DNA of 64,000 nt from Octopus sinensis (GCF_006345805.1 NC_043015.1:36022001-36086000), one strand, 5' to 3'; positions 27,721-40,714 are shown, numbered from the stretch's first letter. Numbers and translations are program-made. Notes: a model not told the origin generated them from the sequence alone.

Positions 27721-28225
27721 TCAGAGATTGTGCTGACATTTTGAGACTTGTATCTCATGTTATAAATCCTGGCAGATTTAAGCCAAAATATTCTGAAAAT
27801 TTTGAAATGGATGATAAAATTAAAACGAAATAGCTTGTAATTTAATAATGCTATTAAATTGTCATTGAAATAACTGTAGAGAAATTTACTATGAGATGAT
27901 GAAATAACAATAACTACAGGTGAGAACGATGATGCTGATATTTCAATCATGAATATATTGTTGATGATGATGCTGATGATTGTTATACTGACATATATGA
28001 TAATGATGGCGGTAGTGGCGATTGTGAAATACGAACGAAAACCCGTACATTGCAGCCATCAATCCTCTGCATCTATCATCACAATTTCCTGACAGCCGGA
28101 TATCTTTGCGAGTCTCAGCATATTTTTAAAATATGCGCAATTAGTAACAATATAAGCAAGGCTTTTAAAAGCTTTTGACAATTTAAGCAAAGATCTATGT
28201 CTGTATGTATGTATGTATCTGTCTG

Positions 28226-28321
<96 letters not shown>

Positions 28322-28524
28322 ACTCTTTCCCACTCTGTGTCTGTCTGTATGTGTGTGTCTGTCTGTGGGTAGTAAAGAAACATGTATATATATATATATA
28401 CACATCTCCATAGTTACATACATAAATGCTTATATGCATGAGCACACAAACACACACCTTCTTGCATTTATTCACGCACGTACATATGCGCAAGCCCTCT
28501 CTCTCTCTCTCTCTCTCTCCCTCT

Positions 28525-28556
<32 letters not shown>

Positions 28557-29027
28557 ATCACACACACACGCCCAGCATCATTCCCGCGCGTACACCAAAT
28601 CGTACAGGTATTTCCTTCTACATCCCTCATATACATCCACACATGTCAGGATGCATTTGAATTTGTATGCATACATAATCCAAACTGACACACATTTAGT
28701 TGTGAATTCTGGTGGGAGAATATACGTATGCAAATGTGAACGACGGACTTTCATGGTGTAACATTTCAGCTCAAGAATTGTGTGTATGCGCGCGCTCGCG
28801 TGTGTGTGTGTGAGTGAGAGTCCTTGTGTGCAAGTGTGTGTGTTTGTTAGTGTGTACCTATACCAATTGAAAAATAAGTGTATATTTGTGCATCAGTATG
28901 TGAGTGCATGCTTTACTTTGTTGTAAGTTTTAATGAAATAATGGCTCATTTAATGGCGCAGAAAACATATATTGCATTTCTAGTAAAGAGGTATATATAT
29001 ATATATATAATGTAGATAGATAGATGG

Positions 29028-29108
<81 letters not shown>

Positions 29109-29319
29109 ATATATATATAGTATGTGAATTATGCTACTCAATTACAAAACTATTTTTATTAAAATTTTCAATATATACGTGCGCGTGTGTGTGTGAGTAT
29201 GTGTGTGTCTAAATTCCCTACCTCTCTCTGTAAACATGAGTTTTGTGCGTTTGTCGCAACAAATCGTTTCATAGTCAGCAAGTTCGCCTATATTATGTGA
29301 AGCCCACTATATATATATG

Positions 29320-29381
<62 letters not shown>

Positions 29382-30179
29382 GTATGCAAGATATATATAC
29401 CTGCGTGTGTAGGGACGGTAATACATACATATGCACGTATGTATGGGTGTACGTATGTATATGTACATATGAGTACCTGTTGTATGTGGACGTGTTGAAA
29501 TGTATAAATATCTATATACATGTTTAATATATGCACGTGTATACATCTTCACATACATATTTTTCTACAACTAAGCACTGATCTATCCTCTAACCAACCT
29601 AACCTATATTCCCAAATTCTTCATTCCACGATTTAACTACCCCTACCCCCTCTCTCTGTCCTTCACTTAGGCTCTATCACTACATACGTGGCACTCCTTT
29701 ACTCCTTACCTTTCTCATCTTTTTACCCTCCCATATCTTTCTCACTCTATCACCCTCACCTCCACATTCGTTCTACCAATTCATCCTGACTGACCACTAA
29801 CCTGTACACTTTCCCTCTCTTTTTATTATCTCTCTCCCTGCTTTTCTTTTTCTTTATTCCATTGTTCTTTTCTTTGTTCCTCTCTTCCTGTTTACGATTT
29901 GACCTTACTAATACATTACCAACTTTTAAGTTACTTTAAACAAAAACCCTCAATTCAATAACACCGTGTACAAACTCTATGCTTGGAATGACCCATTTTA
30001 AATACGATTGGAATTTTCTCACAAGATAGTAGAATCTTATATGTATACTATTCTGTCTAAATGATTGATCTACAGGTGCAATGCATCTGCGTATCTCACG
30101 TATGTCTTCATCCCTTCACTTCACTCTCTATTGCATACCTTATCTAAAAAAAACTGTTGCTTAACCATTTTCTCACACC

Positions 30180-30226
30180 GTCTCTGATGAAGTTACATAT
30201 GAAATGTCCCGAAACAGCTGTAAGAC
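30180..30226 (+). ncRNA. Minimal type I hammerhead ribozyme motif at the end of a Penelope-like 3' region (~29560-30300)
   Basis: GUCU-CUGAUGA-(stem II partly decayed)-GAAA-CAGCUG-UA-AGAC. Stem I GUCU/AGAC, palindromic CAGCUG, GUA site; long pyrimidine-rich tract upstream. Confidence 0.8.
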
Positions 30227-30438
30227 CTATTTATAAAAATTTCTCTAAAATGTTTCACACCCTTGGATTTTTCTCATTGTGAAACTTTTTTTTATATATA
30301 CGCATGCTGATAAATGACCTACGACGGACTCCTCATTCGCATAATCACCGAACCTGGAGCTTAACTATGGTCTGTCCATAGCACCTACTCAACATTACCT
30401 GACACCTGTGGGTCTTATTGATACCATTACATCTCATA

Positions 30439-30515
<77 letters not shown>

Positions 30516-30824
30516 CTTGTGTGTATACACACACACACATATGTGTATATATATTGCATAAAGAAAAATGAAGTAAATGTACAGTAGCCCACAATACTGT
30601 GTGTGCCTATATTTTCTAAGGCTTAAGAATTATGTATTTCCTTTATCTTAGTCAACCAATATAATATACATAGAATAGGACAAGAGTTTGTGAAATATGG
30701 ATTTACAGCTAATTTTAAGAATGACTTAGGAATGTGGGTGAAGCATATGTGTGCATGTGTGCGTGTGTATGTGTTTGTATTTGTGTGTTGTCATTTGTGT
30801 GGTTATGTATATGTATATAAATAT

Positions 30825-30857
<33 letters not shown>

Positions 30858-30863
30858 ATATAT

Positions 30864-30916
<53 letters not shown>

Positions 30917-32139
30917 ACATTTGACGGAAAGTAGTGATTGCTAACTGACTTTCTTACAATTAAGCTATGTCTGAATTTCTTATGTTATTTGTATTTCCCA
31001 TGTACATATACAGAGATGCCTGAAGTAATTTGTTAATGAAGATGCAAAATCAACTTTGTTGGTGGTTTAAAAACTAGAGCTTTTATCTGAAGCAGAACCA
31101 GACCAAGGAATCTAACTAACCGTTTTTCTTAACTCTTTCAAATGATCACGTCCTTGCATCCCACAGCAGAAGCAAAATTATATAAGACGAAATTTACTGC
31201 TATCTGAGATTTTTATTAGAATTAATATCGACAATGCAGAGAAAATATTCAAGATATGAATTAGACAGCACGGGTATACTTTCAAACACAGGCATAAGAA
31301 AATTCAACTGCTTTATCAAACTATATCTGGAGGCTGAAAGATCGAACATTTGTGGAGTATGTAATAATTGAAGTGTAATTACAAAACAGGAAATATAAAG
31401 TGTACGCTAGCAACTTGTGTGTGTGTGTGTGTGCGTGTGTGTGTGTGTATGTGTGTGTGTGTGGTTGGAAATATATACAAACAAATATATTTTCATTGGT
31501 ATTTAGGATAAATAGAATCGATGCGGCACAAGATTTCGTTTTTAGTCTAAGCTCAAAGTTTATAATGATCTCTGACTCCGGATTTTCTAATACAACCATC
31601 CCATATGTAAATTAAATGTTTTAATGCTAATCTTCTATTCATTCATAAAACATGCTAGGAGGGTCGGTAATAGTGATTTGCCCGCGATTTCTAGCTGTTT
31701 CAACAACCATGCATGGGTTTGTGATTATGTTCTTCTACGTTATTGTTAAGCAGTGTATCTGATATGAAGAACAGCATCTTCAGCTTCGCCAACCGTGCTA
31801 ACAAAAATATTTGCGCACTGTTTTATAACAATCATCTTTATTCTCATCAATCAATATAATTAATCTTATAAAAGTAATTAATTAAATTAAAAGAAGCAGG
31901 GTAATAAACTGAGCTGATTATCAATAATGAAATCAGTGATGGATGACGTGGAGAAGCTTGTTCAAGACAGAAAATTAAAGTAGCAGTAGTTTCGCCTTCA
32001 TTCTCGGTGGCTATTTGCTGTTTCTGCTGTAAAGGTGGACATTAAACGTATGAAGGCGACACACTCCACTACATTTGTAGTTTCTCACCAATTAATTATG
32101 CGTTCTTTCATTTTAATTACTTTTTCATTCATTAACAAT

Positions 32140-32182
32140 ATTAATAATAAATAACAATGATAATGATGCTAATGATGATGGA

Positions 32183-32263
<81 letters not shown>

Positions 32264-32332
32264 AATAATAATGAATACGATTATGATGATGATGAGGATG
32301 ATGATGATAATAATAATAATAATGATGATGAA

Positions 32333-32371
<39 letters not shown>

Positions 32372-32375
32372 AATA
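32140..32375. repeat. Compound (TAA)n/(TGA)n microsatellite
   Basis: Direct inspection. Confidence 0.95.
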
Positions 32376-32761
32376 AACAGCGGGACGTTTAACAGGTGAG
32401 GCTGATAGAATATTTCACTAAAATCCATCCTAAAACATTAGAAATAAACACATCTGAAAACGTAAAAGTCACTGACGAAATGTTAGACTCTACCCAAGTA
32501 AGTAATACACGTTAAAATTTATTTCTGTTTATCACATGAAATGATATATTATAGCTGTGTACAATCTCCAACATTCGAACAGCGCATGAAAACACACTCG
32601 TCACATTAGGTTCAAATCAATAACAAACCGTCTCTGAACCCCACAATTATTCACAAAAAATGAAAAAGAAATTTGATGAAGCCCGTATTATTCAATCCAA
32701 GAATAATCAACGGGAAGTGCGTACTTTAAATATTATAATATATATATATATATATTTATAT

Positions 32762-32828
<67 letters not shown>

Positions 32829-32833
<5 letters not shown>

Positions 32834-33458
32834 AAATATTGAATTTCTAAATCTCTCGTAGAGACATGTACGGTGGTGGGGCGATAGAATGGTTGTATAC
32901 TGTCAATCTAACAAGAACGTGACAGTAGGGGGTACACCACCGCTCTATAGCCCTAGGAAGCATCGAACGCCTCCTGATAGCTTTGAAAAAAAATGTGTCA
33001 AAGCTATCACGAGGCGTTCGATGCTTCCTAGGGCTATACAGCGGTGGTGTACCCCCTACTGTCACGTTCTTGTTAGATTGACAGTATACAACCATTCTAT
33101 CGCCCCACCACCGTACATGTCTCTACGAGAGATTTAGAAATTCAATATTTCTTATTTTGATAATCAGGGAATAGACTTCACTGAATATATGTATATACAA
33201 TTACGAAGTCAAGGCAAATATCACCGGCTGACCGGTGTCTGCTACTCTAGGCCAATGAAGGACAACGATCCTGAAACACGGTGTCCCTAGATACAGTTCC
33301 GGCGGCTGGGGGTGTTTGTCTCCCCTTCGTATATGTATATAAGGACACAGGGAAAAAAATGTGTCAAAGCTATCAGGAGGCGTTCGATGCTTCCTAGGGC
33401 TATACAGCGGTGGTGTACCCCCTACTATCACATTCTTGTTAGATTGACAGTATACAAC

Positions 33459-33465
<7 letters not shown>
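32829..33465. mobile_element. Non-coding element: 158-bp near-perfect palindrome plus 366-bp head-to-tail partial tandem, carrying a decayed hammerhead (33246-33291, +)
   Basis: Arms 32829-32986 and 32998-33155 (2 mismatches seen, 11-nt loop). tgtgtcaaagctatc recurs at 32994 and 33360. UCUAGG-CCAAUGA-AGGA..UCCU-GAAA-CACGGUG-UC-CCUAGA. Confidence 0.85.
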
Positions 33466-33497
<32 letters not shown>

Positions 33498-33601
33498 TAT
33501 ATATATATATATATATATACATAGGTGCTATTAAGTTAGACATGGCCTGGGCCAATAATGGCCGAAACCTATCAAAGTATCAAAGTATATATATATATAT
33601 T

Positions 33602-33653
<52 letters not shown>

Positions 33654-33679
33654 TGTATGAATGTATGTATGCATTTGTG

Positions 33680-34440
33680 AGGTACCAGCGACTGTATCCC
33701 ACAAAAATTAGAACTGACAATAAGACAGCAACAATAATAAAAGAAATTAATTTGGCTTTCACAGAACTAATCGCAAAAGATGCAAATGACTATAGGACTA
33801 GACTAACTGAAATAATTTACTGGACGTCTGTGGTCTCAAAGCAAAAGTGAATACTCGTTAAAATCCATCTAAATAAGAGTATCACAAGCTAAATAAACTG
33901 AACGGAAAACAAAAATTCAGGAGGAAGAGAAAAAATACAAAATAAAAGCATGGATCTGAATTCTATTATTGAATCTAGTGACCCAATCAACACTGCTAAA
34001 CGAGAAAGAAAGCAAATTCTACAGCAACCCAAAATCACAAAACAAGTAAAACTTGAGATAAAAGAACTGCTAAAGCAAGAAAGCCTGGCTGAAGCAGAAA
34101 ACTGACTTGGTATGAGAAACGAGTTGGTAGGGCGGCGAGCTAGCAGAAACGTTAGCACGCCGGGCGAAATGCGTAGCCGTATTTCGTCTGCCGCAACGTT
34201 CTGAGTTCAAATTCCGCCGAGGTCGACTATGCCTTTCATCCTTTCGGGGTCTATTAAATAAGTACTAGTAACGCACTGGGGCCGATGTAATCGACTTAAT
34301 CCGTTTGTCTGTCCTTCTTTGTCCTCTCTGTGTTTAGCCCCTAGTGGGTAGTAAAGAAATAGGTATGAGAAACGCCAATATGTGCAGTCTAATTCCAAAC
34401 CAAAATGATTCTGCTGCGAACATGGTAAAAACAATAGCAG
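33680..34440 (+). mobile_element. Highly decayed N-terminal part of an R4/Dong-like LINE ORF, interrupted by a SINE
   Basis: A-rich coding-like sequence reading KELLKQ..YEKRQY..PK.FC.EHGK across the SINE insertion. It resembles the LKQK..RYEKR..PK.FYRELGK segment upstream of RT in this clade. Confidence 0.4.
34122..34361 (+). mobile_element. Full-length SINE family B with 13-bp target-site duplication
   Basis: TSD ggtatgagaaacg at 34109-34121 and 34362-34374; B-box gagttcaaattcc; core gcctttcatcctttcggggtc..aagtac. Confidence 0.92.
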
Positions 34441-34615
34441 AAGAATTAGAAGAGTTTGGGAAAGAAACACGGGCGATGGAGTAACTATGCCAGAAAATAT
34501 CAATTAAAACACGTCACCTGAACAAATCTGGACACCTTTCTCAACGGTGTCCAGATAATAAAAATAATAATAATAGAAATAACAACAACAACAATAACAA
34601 CAACAACAACAACAG

Positions 34616-34646
<31 letters not shown>

Positions 34647-34903
34647 AATAATAACAATAATTGTAATGGATTCAAATTTTAGCGCAAGCCATCGATTTTT
34701 GAAAAGTAGAGCCAGTCGATTACATCAACCACAGTACTTAGATCAATCGTGAATGTATGAGAGTCGAATATTCTAACGCGGAAACGTAGACATATATATT
34801 AATTTGTAAGTGTGTTTGTGTATATATAAATATATATATACATATATATATGAAAAAACAAGTCAAAATAGAAAATGCTAAAATAATTTTATAAAGAACA
34901 TTT

Positions 34904-34941
34904 CAGTACCGGTTTCGGTCATTTTGAGACCTTTTCAACTG
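34904..34941 (-). ncRNA. Minimal hammerhead ribozyme motif (U3-A8 variant) in the 3' terminal repeat of the Penelope-like element
   Basis: Minus strand CAG-UUGAAAA-GGUC-ucaaaau-GACC-GAAA-CCGG-UA-CUG, about 790 nt downstream of the GIY-YIG stop on the same strand. Confidence 0.75.
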
Positions 34942-35388
34942 TAACGATTAAATAATTAAATTTAGAAAAATTAGAAGAAAAGTTTTTTTAAAGGAATATT
35001 TTTATAGTGTTCAAATATAAGTGGCATTCTGCCTTTCTCTGTCTCCCTTGTTTGCACTTGTGTGTTCGAGGTCGTTGTGAATTCTTGATAGGGTAGAAGA
35101 AGAAGAAGGCTGATGAGGAGAGGGGGTGGGAAAATCTGGGAGTGCCCTGATGGTCGTATTTTGAATGGTCAGTGGCAGCTAGCAGTCGCAGTTCAATTCA
35201 GGAGAATATTTCTATTGAAAGGTTTGTTTATGGAATTTGCGTAGGTGTTATACTAAAAAGCATTAGTGATAAAGTTAAGAGGTAGAAGGTGGAGAAGAAG
35301 AAGAAGAAGAGGAAGAAGAAGAAGATGACGATGTTGATGATGATGATGATGATGATGATAATGAAGAAGAAGAAGAAGATGACGATGT

Positions 35389-35419
<31 letters not shown>

Positions 35420-35727
35420 GAAGAAGAAGATGAAGATGACGATGTTGATGATGATGATGATGATGAAGAAGAAGAAGAAGGAGAAGGAGAAGAAGATGAT
35501 GGTGATGATGATGACGACGATGATGATGATAATGATGATGATGAAGAAGAAGAGGAAGAAGAAGAAAAAAGAGAAGGGAGAATATGAATGGGTAAAAGTA
35601 GTGAGGTGTTGTATGACTTGAAGTTGGCATGTTATGGATTATAGCTGTGATTGGGGCTGATTTGTAATGGATTCTTTGGAGTGTAATATTTGTGTGTGTA
35701 TTTCTTTTATTCTAAAGTTGAGATATA

Positions 35728-36270
35728 TTAATCGTTTGTCGTAGACCCGTTAAGAAGTGGCCTGTATTTTGTAATAAAGAGAGTTTCTTTACTTATTCGT
35801 TGTCTCGAAGTTGTATCGTCCCTAAATTGGTAGAGGGGGAAAATCCTGAAGCCTGGTGTCTTGTTGTAGGCGCAAGTATCTATGTGTTGCCTGAAAGCTA
35901 TTTTTCTGATTTGGGGAATTTTTATCTGGGATCTGTGCAGGGCCATTCGTTTACGCAAACTATTTTTTGTTTGGCCTATGTACTGCTCTTGACACCCGGA
36001 GCAGGTTAGTGAGTATATTAGGTTCTCCGAAGCACATGTGAAGTTGCTTTTCACTGTAAACCGTTGTCCCTGTTTGAAGGAGAACTCTGATCCCTCAATT
36101 AGATAATCGCATATCCCGCAATTGGGTCTTCCACATTTTTTTACTGTCGGCTTCTGTGTTGAAGAGTGAATTCGGGCTTGTGTTAGGAGACTTTTCATAG
36201 ATTTAGGCTGTCTCTTGCTTTTTATGATCGTGTGTGTTTGGAGGATTGAGTTCATTCTGTGGTCTTTTTT
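35728..36270 (-). CDS. C-terminal Cys-rich linker plus GIY-YIG endonuclease of a Penelope-like element (open frame, RT missing)
   Basis: KRQPKSMKSLL..CGRPNCGIC..FTCASENLIYSLTCSGCQEQYIGQTKNSLRKRMALH..QHIDTC..KETLFITKYRPLLN: LIY/YIG motifs, conserved R, H, E and terminal LN. The N-terminal ~50 aa of the listed ORF are probably flank read-through. Confidence 0.9.
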   Translation of the reverse strand, partial: KKDHRMNSILQTHTIIKSKRQPKSMKSLLTQARIHSSTQKPTVKKCGRPNCGICDYLIEGSEFSFKQGQRFTVKSNFTCASENLIYSLTCSGCQEQYIGQTKNSLRKRMALHRSQIKIPQIRKIAFRQHIDTCAYNKTPGFRIFPLYQFRDDTTSRQRISKETLFITKYRPLLNGSTTND

Positions 36271-36773
36271 TAGGAGGGGTATGTTGCACTTCCAAAGTAG
36301 TATGCGTTCAGTGTGTCCCAAATGTAACTGATGGGTCTCAATTTTTAATAATTTCTTTAAATTTAGAAATAAATATATGTAGTTTTGATACAATATAAAG
36401 GGCATAATGGAAATTAATATGCCCAAGTCAAATTTTGCAGCACCACTAGATCACAAATGAAAAAGGATATCGCTTATATAGCAGTCATTTTCGGCTTTGC
36501 ACGTCTATATTCTTTCCAAACCCTACACGATAACACTCTCAAGAATTTCAGACCACACTTCTCTCATTTCTCTATTGAGGTTCTATTTCTGTTGCACCAG
36601 AGTATGTTGAAGTAGTCAACTCTGCCCGCAAAAAAAGATCAAGTGCTATATGTTGTCTCAAAATGTCCTGCATTTATTTATAAAATTAAGGAAATTATTA
36701 AAAATTTAAACCCTCCATTTACTTTGCAGCTACATGTATATATAAATATGTATGTATGCACGCACACACACAC

Positions 36774-36859
<86 letters not shown>

Positions 36860-37427
36860 ATAGATAGATAGATAGATATCCGTGGTTTTACTGACAAGTA
36901 TCTTCAGATGATCACACAAGGAAAGAATGATTGGAGATGGCTTTTTTGAGGGGATAATTTTCATTTCAATCTTGATAATAGTTTACAATGATATAAGCTT
37001 CAAGCTTTCATGTATATACATATACAGAGAGAGATAGAGAGAGAGAGAAAGAGAGTGGGCAGAGAGAAAGTGAGAGGGTAAGAGGTGTATACATATATTT
37101 ATAGAGAGATATAGATATATAGATATAGTTACATACATGTGAATATATATGTGTGTATATACACAAATGTACATTTTGTATCAAAGAGACATTTAAAATG
37201 GATTCGACTTACACTGGGGTGGGAAGTAATTATTATACTAAACTCAAAACACATAAAGACATCAATAATATAAATCACAAAGAAATTATTCTTATTTTTA
37301 TTTACAAAATAAATCCTAGTCTAATTAGTAAACACCGTAATTAAAGAATTAAAAGAAAACGTACATCACTTTACTGATCAATAATTATTGTGAAACGACA
37401 AACAATCGGAGATTAAACCATTAAGAA

Positions 37428-37439
37428 ATAATAATAATA

Positions 37440-37489
<50 letters not shown>

Positions 37490-37560
37490 TTAATAATAAT
37501 AATAATAATAATAATAATTAATAATAATTAATGATGATAATAATGATGATAATAATAATA

Positions 37561-37606
<46 letters not shown>
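37428..37606. repeat. (TAA)n microsatellite
   Basis: Direct inspection. Confidence 0.97.
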
Positions 37607-37607
<1 letters not shown>

Positions 37608-38378
37608 GTTTCTGTCAATATGTACTTAATGCATATACATCAAACTTTGACATTGATCGAGAAGAAAAAGATTATAAAGCAATAAAAAAATACGTAAGGC
37701 GAATCATAATTAAAGCAATTACTTATCTAAATGAGATGATTTGTACAACGTATTGAGACATCGAGTATTGAACTAGAAGTAAGTCATAAATGAAAGATTA
37801 TAGATTTTTACCTCTAATAAAAAAATAAATACAAATAAATGAATGTGATGGAAGACTAATATATAATTGCTGTGAAATTTTGTGTTCAATTTACGAATTA
37901 TAATTATATAGAAAGTAATTGGGTTCACTCGGTGCGTAACAGCTGTTTCACGTGTGGTTGTTGTTGTTGGTTGTGGTGTTTGTGTCGATGGTGGTTGTGG
38001 CATTTGTGGTGGCAGTGTTACTACTGCTAATTCTGATAAAGTATTTAGTTGTGGTTTAGTTTTGGAGTTAGCACTGATCATTCAAACCAATGATGGGATT
38101 TGAACTAGTAACGAGTTTGTATTTATAAACATCACTCCATATTGCTGTCACCTCGACTGGCAGTTTCTGGGAAAATCTCCCAAAACACTACCTCTCCAAA
38201 ACTATCTACTACTTTGCAAGATAGACACCACCATGTTTGGTAATGCTGATAAATCATAATAATACTTTTTTGTCGTGAATAAAAAACATAATGTCAAAAA
38301 CGAGAGCGAAATTGTGAGAAAATCATCACCAAGACAAGTTAAAAGTTGCGACGTATCAGATATCTCGAAATTTGAGTG

Positions 38379-38416
<38 letters not shown>

Positions 38417-38609
38417 CATACACTGAACTATATATGTATATGCGTGTGTGTGTGTGTGCGCGCGCGCGTACATAAAACTATAAATCTACATGTGTGTGTG
38501 TGTGCGTGCATACAAATATAAATCTACATTGTGTGTGTGTATATGTATATACACACACACATATACACATAAATACACAGACACAAATACACGCAGATAA
38601 AAGCATATA

Positions 38610-38685
<76 letters not shown>

Positions 38686-39585
38686 TTATATGTGTGTGAA
38701 TGTCCAATGACAAGAATGTCACCTATTTATAAACGATTTCATTCTAATTCTTATAAAAAGAATAAATTTATGAAATATTGAATGTTTCTTATCTGAACTT
38801 ATAATTCGTCTGTGTACATCCCGGTTTCCTTCGAATGATCCCTTGCTCTGACGTATGCTGCTAACACTACAGCATGATATGAGCATAGAAGCACAGCTGA
38901 GTGGCAATCATGCAAACTTTTACGGGTAGGTAACTGTAGGTAAGAAGATGAGACGGGAGACTAGATGAGATATGGCAGCGGGAAAGGGAATTTGAGTTTA
39001 ATGAAGATGGAGAATGAATGCTGTAAAATTACGGGGGCCTCTGGTGCAAGCGCAAAGGAAATTACGCGTCACAGACGAATGTAGGCGACACCACCACAGA
39101 TGAAACTAATACAAGAATTTGGAACAATTTCAGCCTCTACTGCTACGACCAAAAATAGGTCACTTTTAGGACATTTGACCATTAAGGAAGATTCCATGAA
39201 CAATTTACTGTCACAGCATTCCTATATTTTTCTTTCCTTTTTTTTTCATTATCCTTCTCCCTCTTCTTTCCCTACTCCTACTTTTCTTCCTGGTACAGTT
39301 TCTCCTCTTCTCCTCCTTCATTTCATTCTTCTTTGCCTACTCTTTCTTCTTCTTTCTTTCCTCCCTCAGTTTCTCCTGCTTAAACCATCAATTCTCTGTC
39401 CCCAAACTATTCCTTCAAATTTATTGCTAACCACCTACGAGGCATTCACAAAAGAATAGAGAGAGAGACAGGCTATCTGAAGACTACGGAAATATTTGCC
39501 TATTTAAAGACTATGGAAATATCTGCAAAACATTTAAGTTAACTTTTGTTTCTCCAATTGAATTATTTTTTTCCTTATTTTACGG

Positions 39586-39623
39586 TTAGCTGAAAAAGTC
39601 TAAAAGTCGGAAACCGGTACTAA
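39586..39623 (+). ncRNA. Decayed hammerhead motif, same family as 34904-34941
   Basis: UUAG-CUGAAAA-aguc..gucg-GAAA-CCGG-UA-CUAA, followed by ataaaattattttagcattttcta as in the 34.9-kb copy. Stem II is broken and C3-A8 is a mismatch. Confidence 0.6.
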
Positions 39624-39694
39624 AACGAAATCCACGATAAAATTATTTTAGCATTTTCTACCTTGTTTTATTTTCCTTATATATATTATATATA

Positions 39695-39756
<62 letters not shown>

Positions 39757-39757
<1 letters not shown>

Positions 39758-40025
39758 AAAATAGGGAATGTAGTAGATAACATTTAGGCTACATATGTAA
39801 TTATCAAACGAGGATAAGTCCGCTAGCTCCTCATCGGGCCTAAAATAACCTAATCGAAAGAGGTCTACATTGTTGTCAAAGGATCCCATGTTGAATCGTA
39901 GGAGATGCGATTTAAAATGAGTAGCTAGCGGATTAATCCTCGTTTGGGTAATTACTACTTCCAAGGAACCGATAACTATGAAATATATGTTACCTGGATT
40001 TTATTTACTCCATTCTCTACTTCTT
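39757..40025. mobile_element. Diverged inverted repeat whose two arms carry complementary parts of a decayed hammerhead
   Basis: Left arm minus strand: UAGGC-CCGAUGA-...-(GAAA deleted)-CAUAUG-UA-GCCUA. Right arm: ...AUGA-guagcu...aacuau-GAAA-UAUAUG-UU-ACCU. Confidence 0.55.
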
Positions 40026-40337
40026 TATTTTTACTCGCATACTCAACAACATTTGTTGCTAACCGTCGTATGCTATAAATCAATCTTTGCAGCATGTCGA
40101 TGCGGGAAAAACTTACAATCATTTACGTCGATAAACGATTATTGTTCCTGAAAGTTGTGTTTTTTAATATTTCTACGAACTCCTCCATCGAAGCTTACTA
40201 TCTTGTTACATCTTGAACGTGTGTATGTATGTATGTATGTATGTATGTATGTATGTATGTATGTATGTTGTATGTATGTAGTATGTATGTATGTATGTAT
40301 GTATGTATGTATGTATGTATATATATATTATATATAT

Positions 40338-40369
<32 letters not shown>

Positions 40370-40419
40370 CAAATAAATGAAAGAATGGAGTTGAACGACG
40401 AATTAACAAAATTCCTTTA

Positions 40420-40500
40420 TTTTTGACATGTTTCGAAGGCTGCATATTCCTAATTTCGAAGGAATAAGGGGTGCATTATGCCGCCTTCTCATCAGGAAAA
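40420..40500 (-). ncRNA. Type I hammerhead ribozyme motif with extended stem II
   Basis: UUUUC-CUGAUGA-GAAGGC(ggcaua...uaugca)GCCUUC-GAAA-CAUG-UC-AAAAA. Canonical core, GUC site, palindromic CAUG; first stem I pair is a C-A mismatch. Confidence 0.8.
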
Positions 40501-40616
40501 ACAAGGAACTTATGTCAGCATCAAGATGCACAAAAACTTTTAGATGACTGCCCACACGGAGCCCATAGCGATAATCCGAATTATCCATAATAAGATAATT
40601 CATTCAACTACTCAAT

Positions 40617-40679
<63 letters not shown>

Positions 40680-40714
40680 GTGTATGTATGTATGTATATA
40701 TACTAGTCTTCTCT

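Larger units (their letters stand above)
34850..36300 (-). mobile_element. 5'-truncated Penelope-like retroelement (Neptune-like): endonuclease, microsatellite-containing 3' region and hammerhead
   Basis: GIY-YIG ORF followed on the same strand by a (CTT/CAT)n tract and a hammerhead; ends at (TA)n. Confidence 0.85.

Noticed and set aside
27473-27950. Poly-E/R/L/F ORFs suggesting an acidic or protamine-like protein
   Set aside because: Entirely explained by the (GAA)n tract; no splice or domain support.
32847-33461. Three near-identical 82-86 aa ORFs (MVVYCQSNKN...) resembling a small gene family
   Set aside because: They arise from the palindrome and tandem copy of one non-coding repeat read on both strands.
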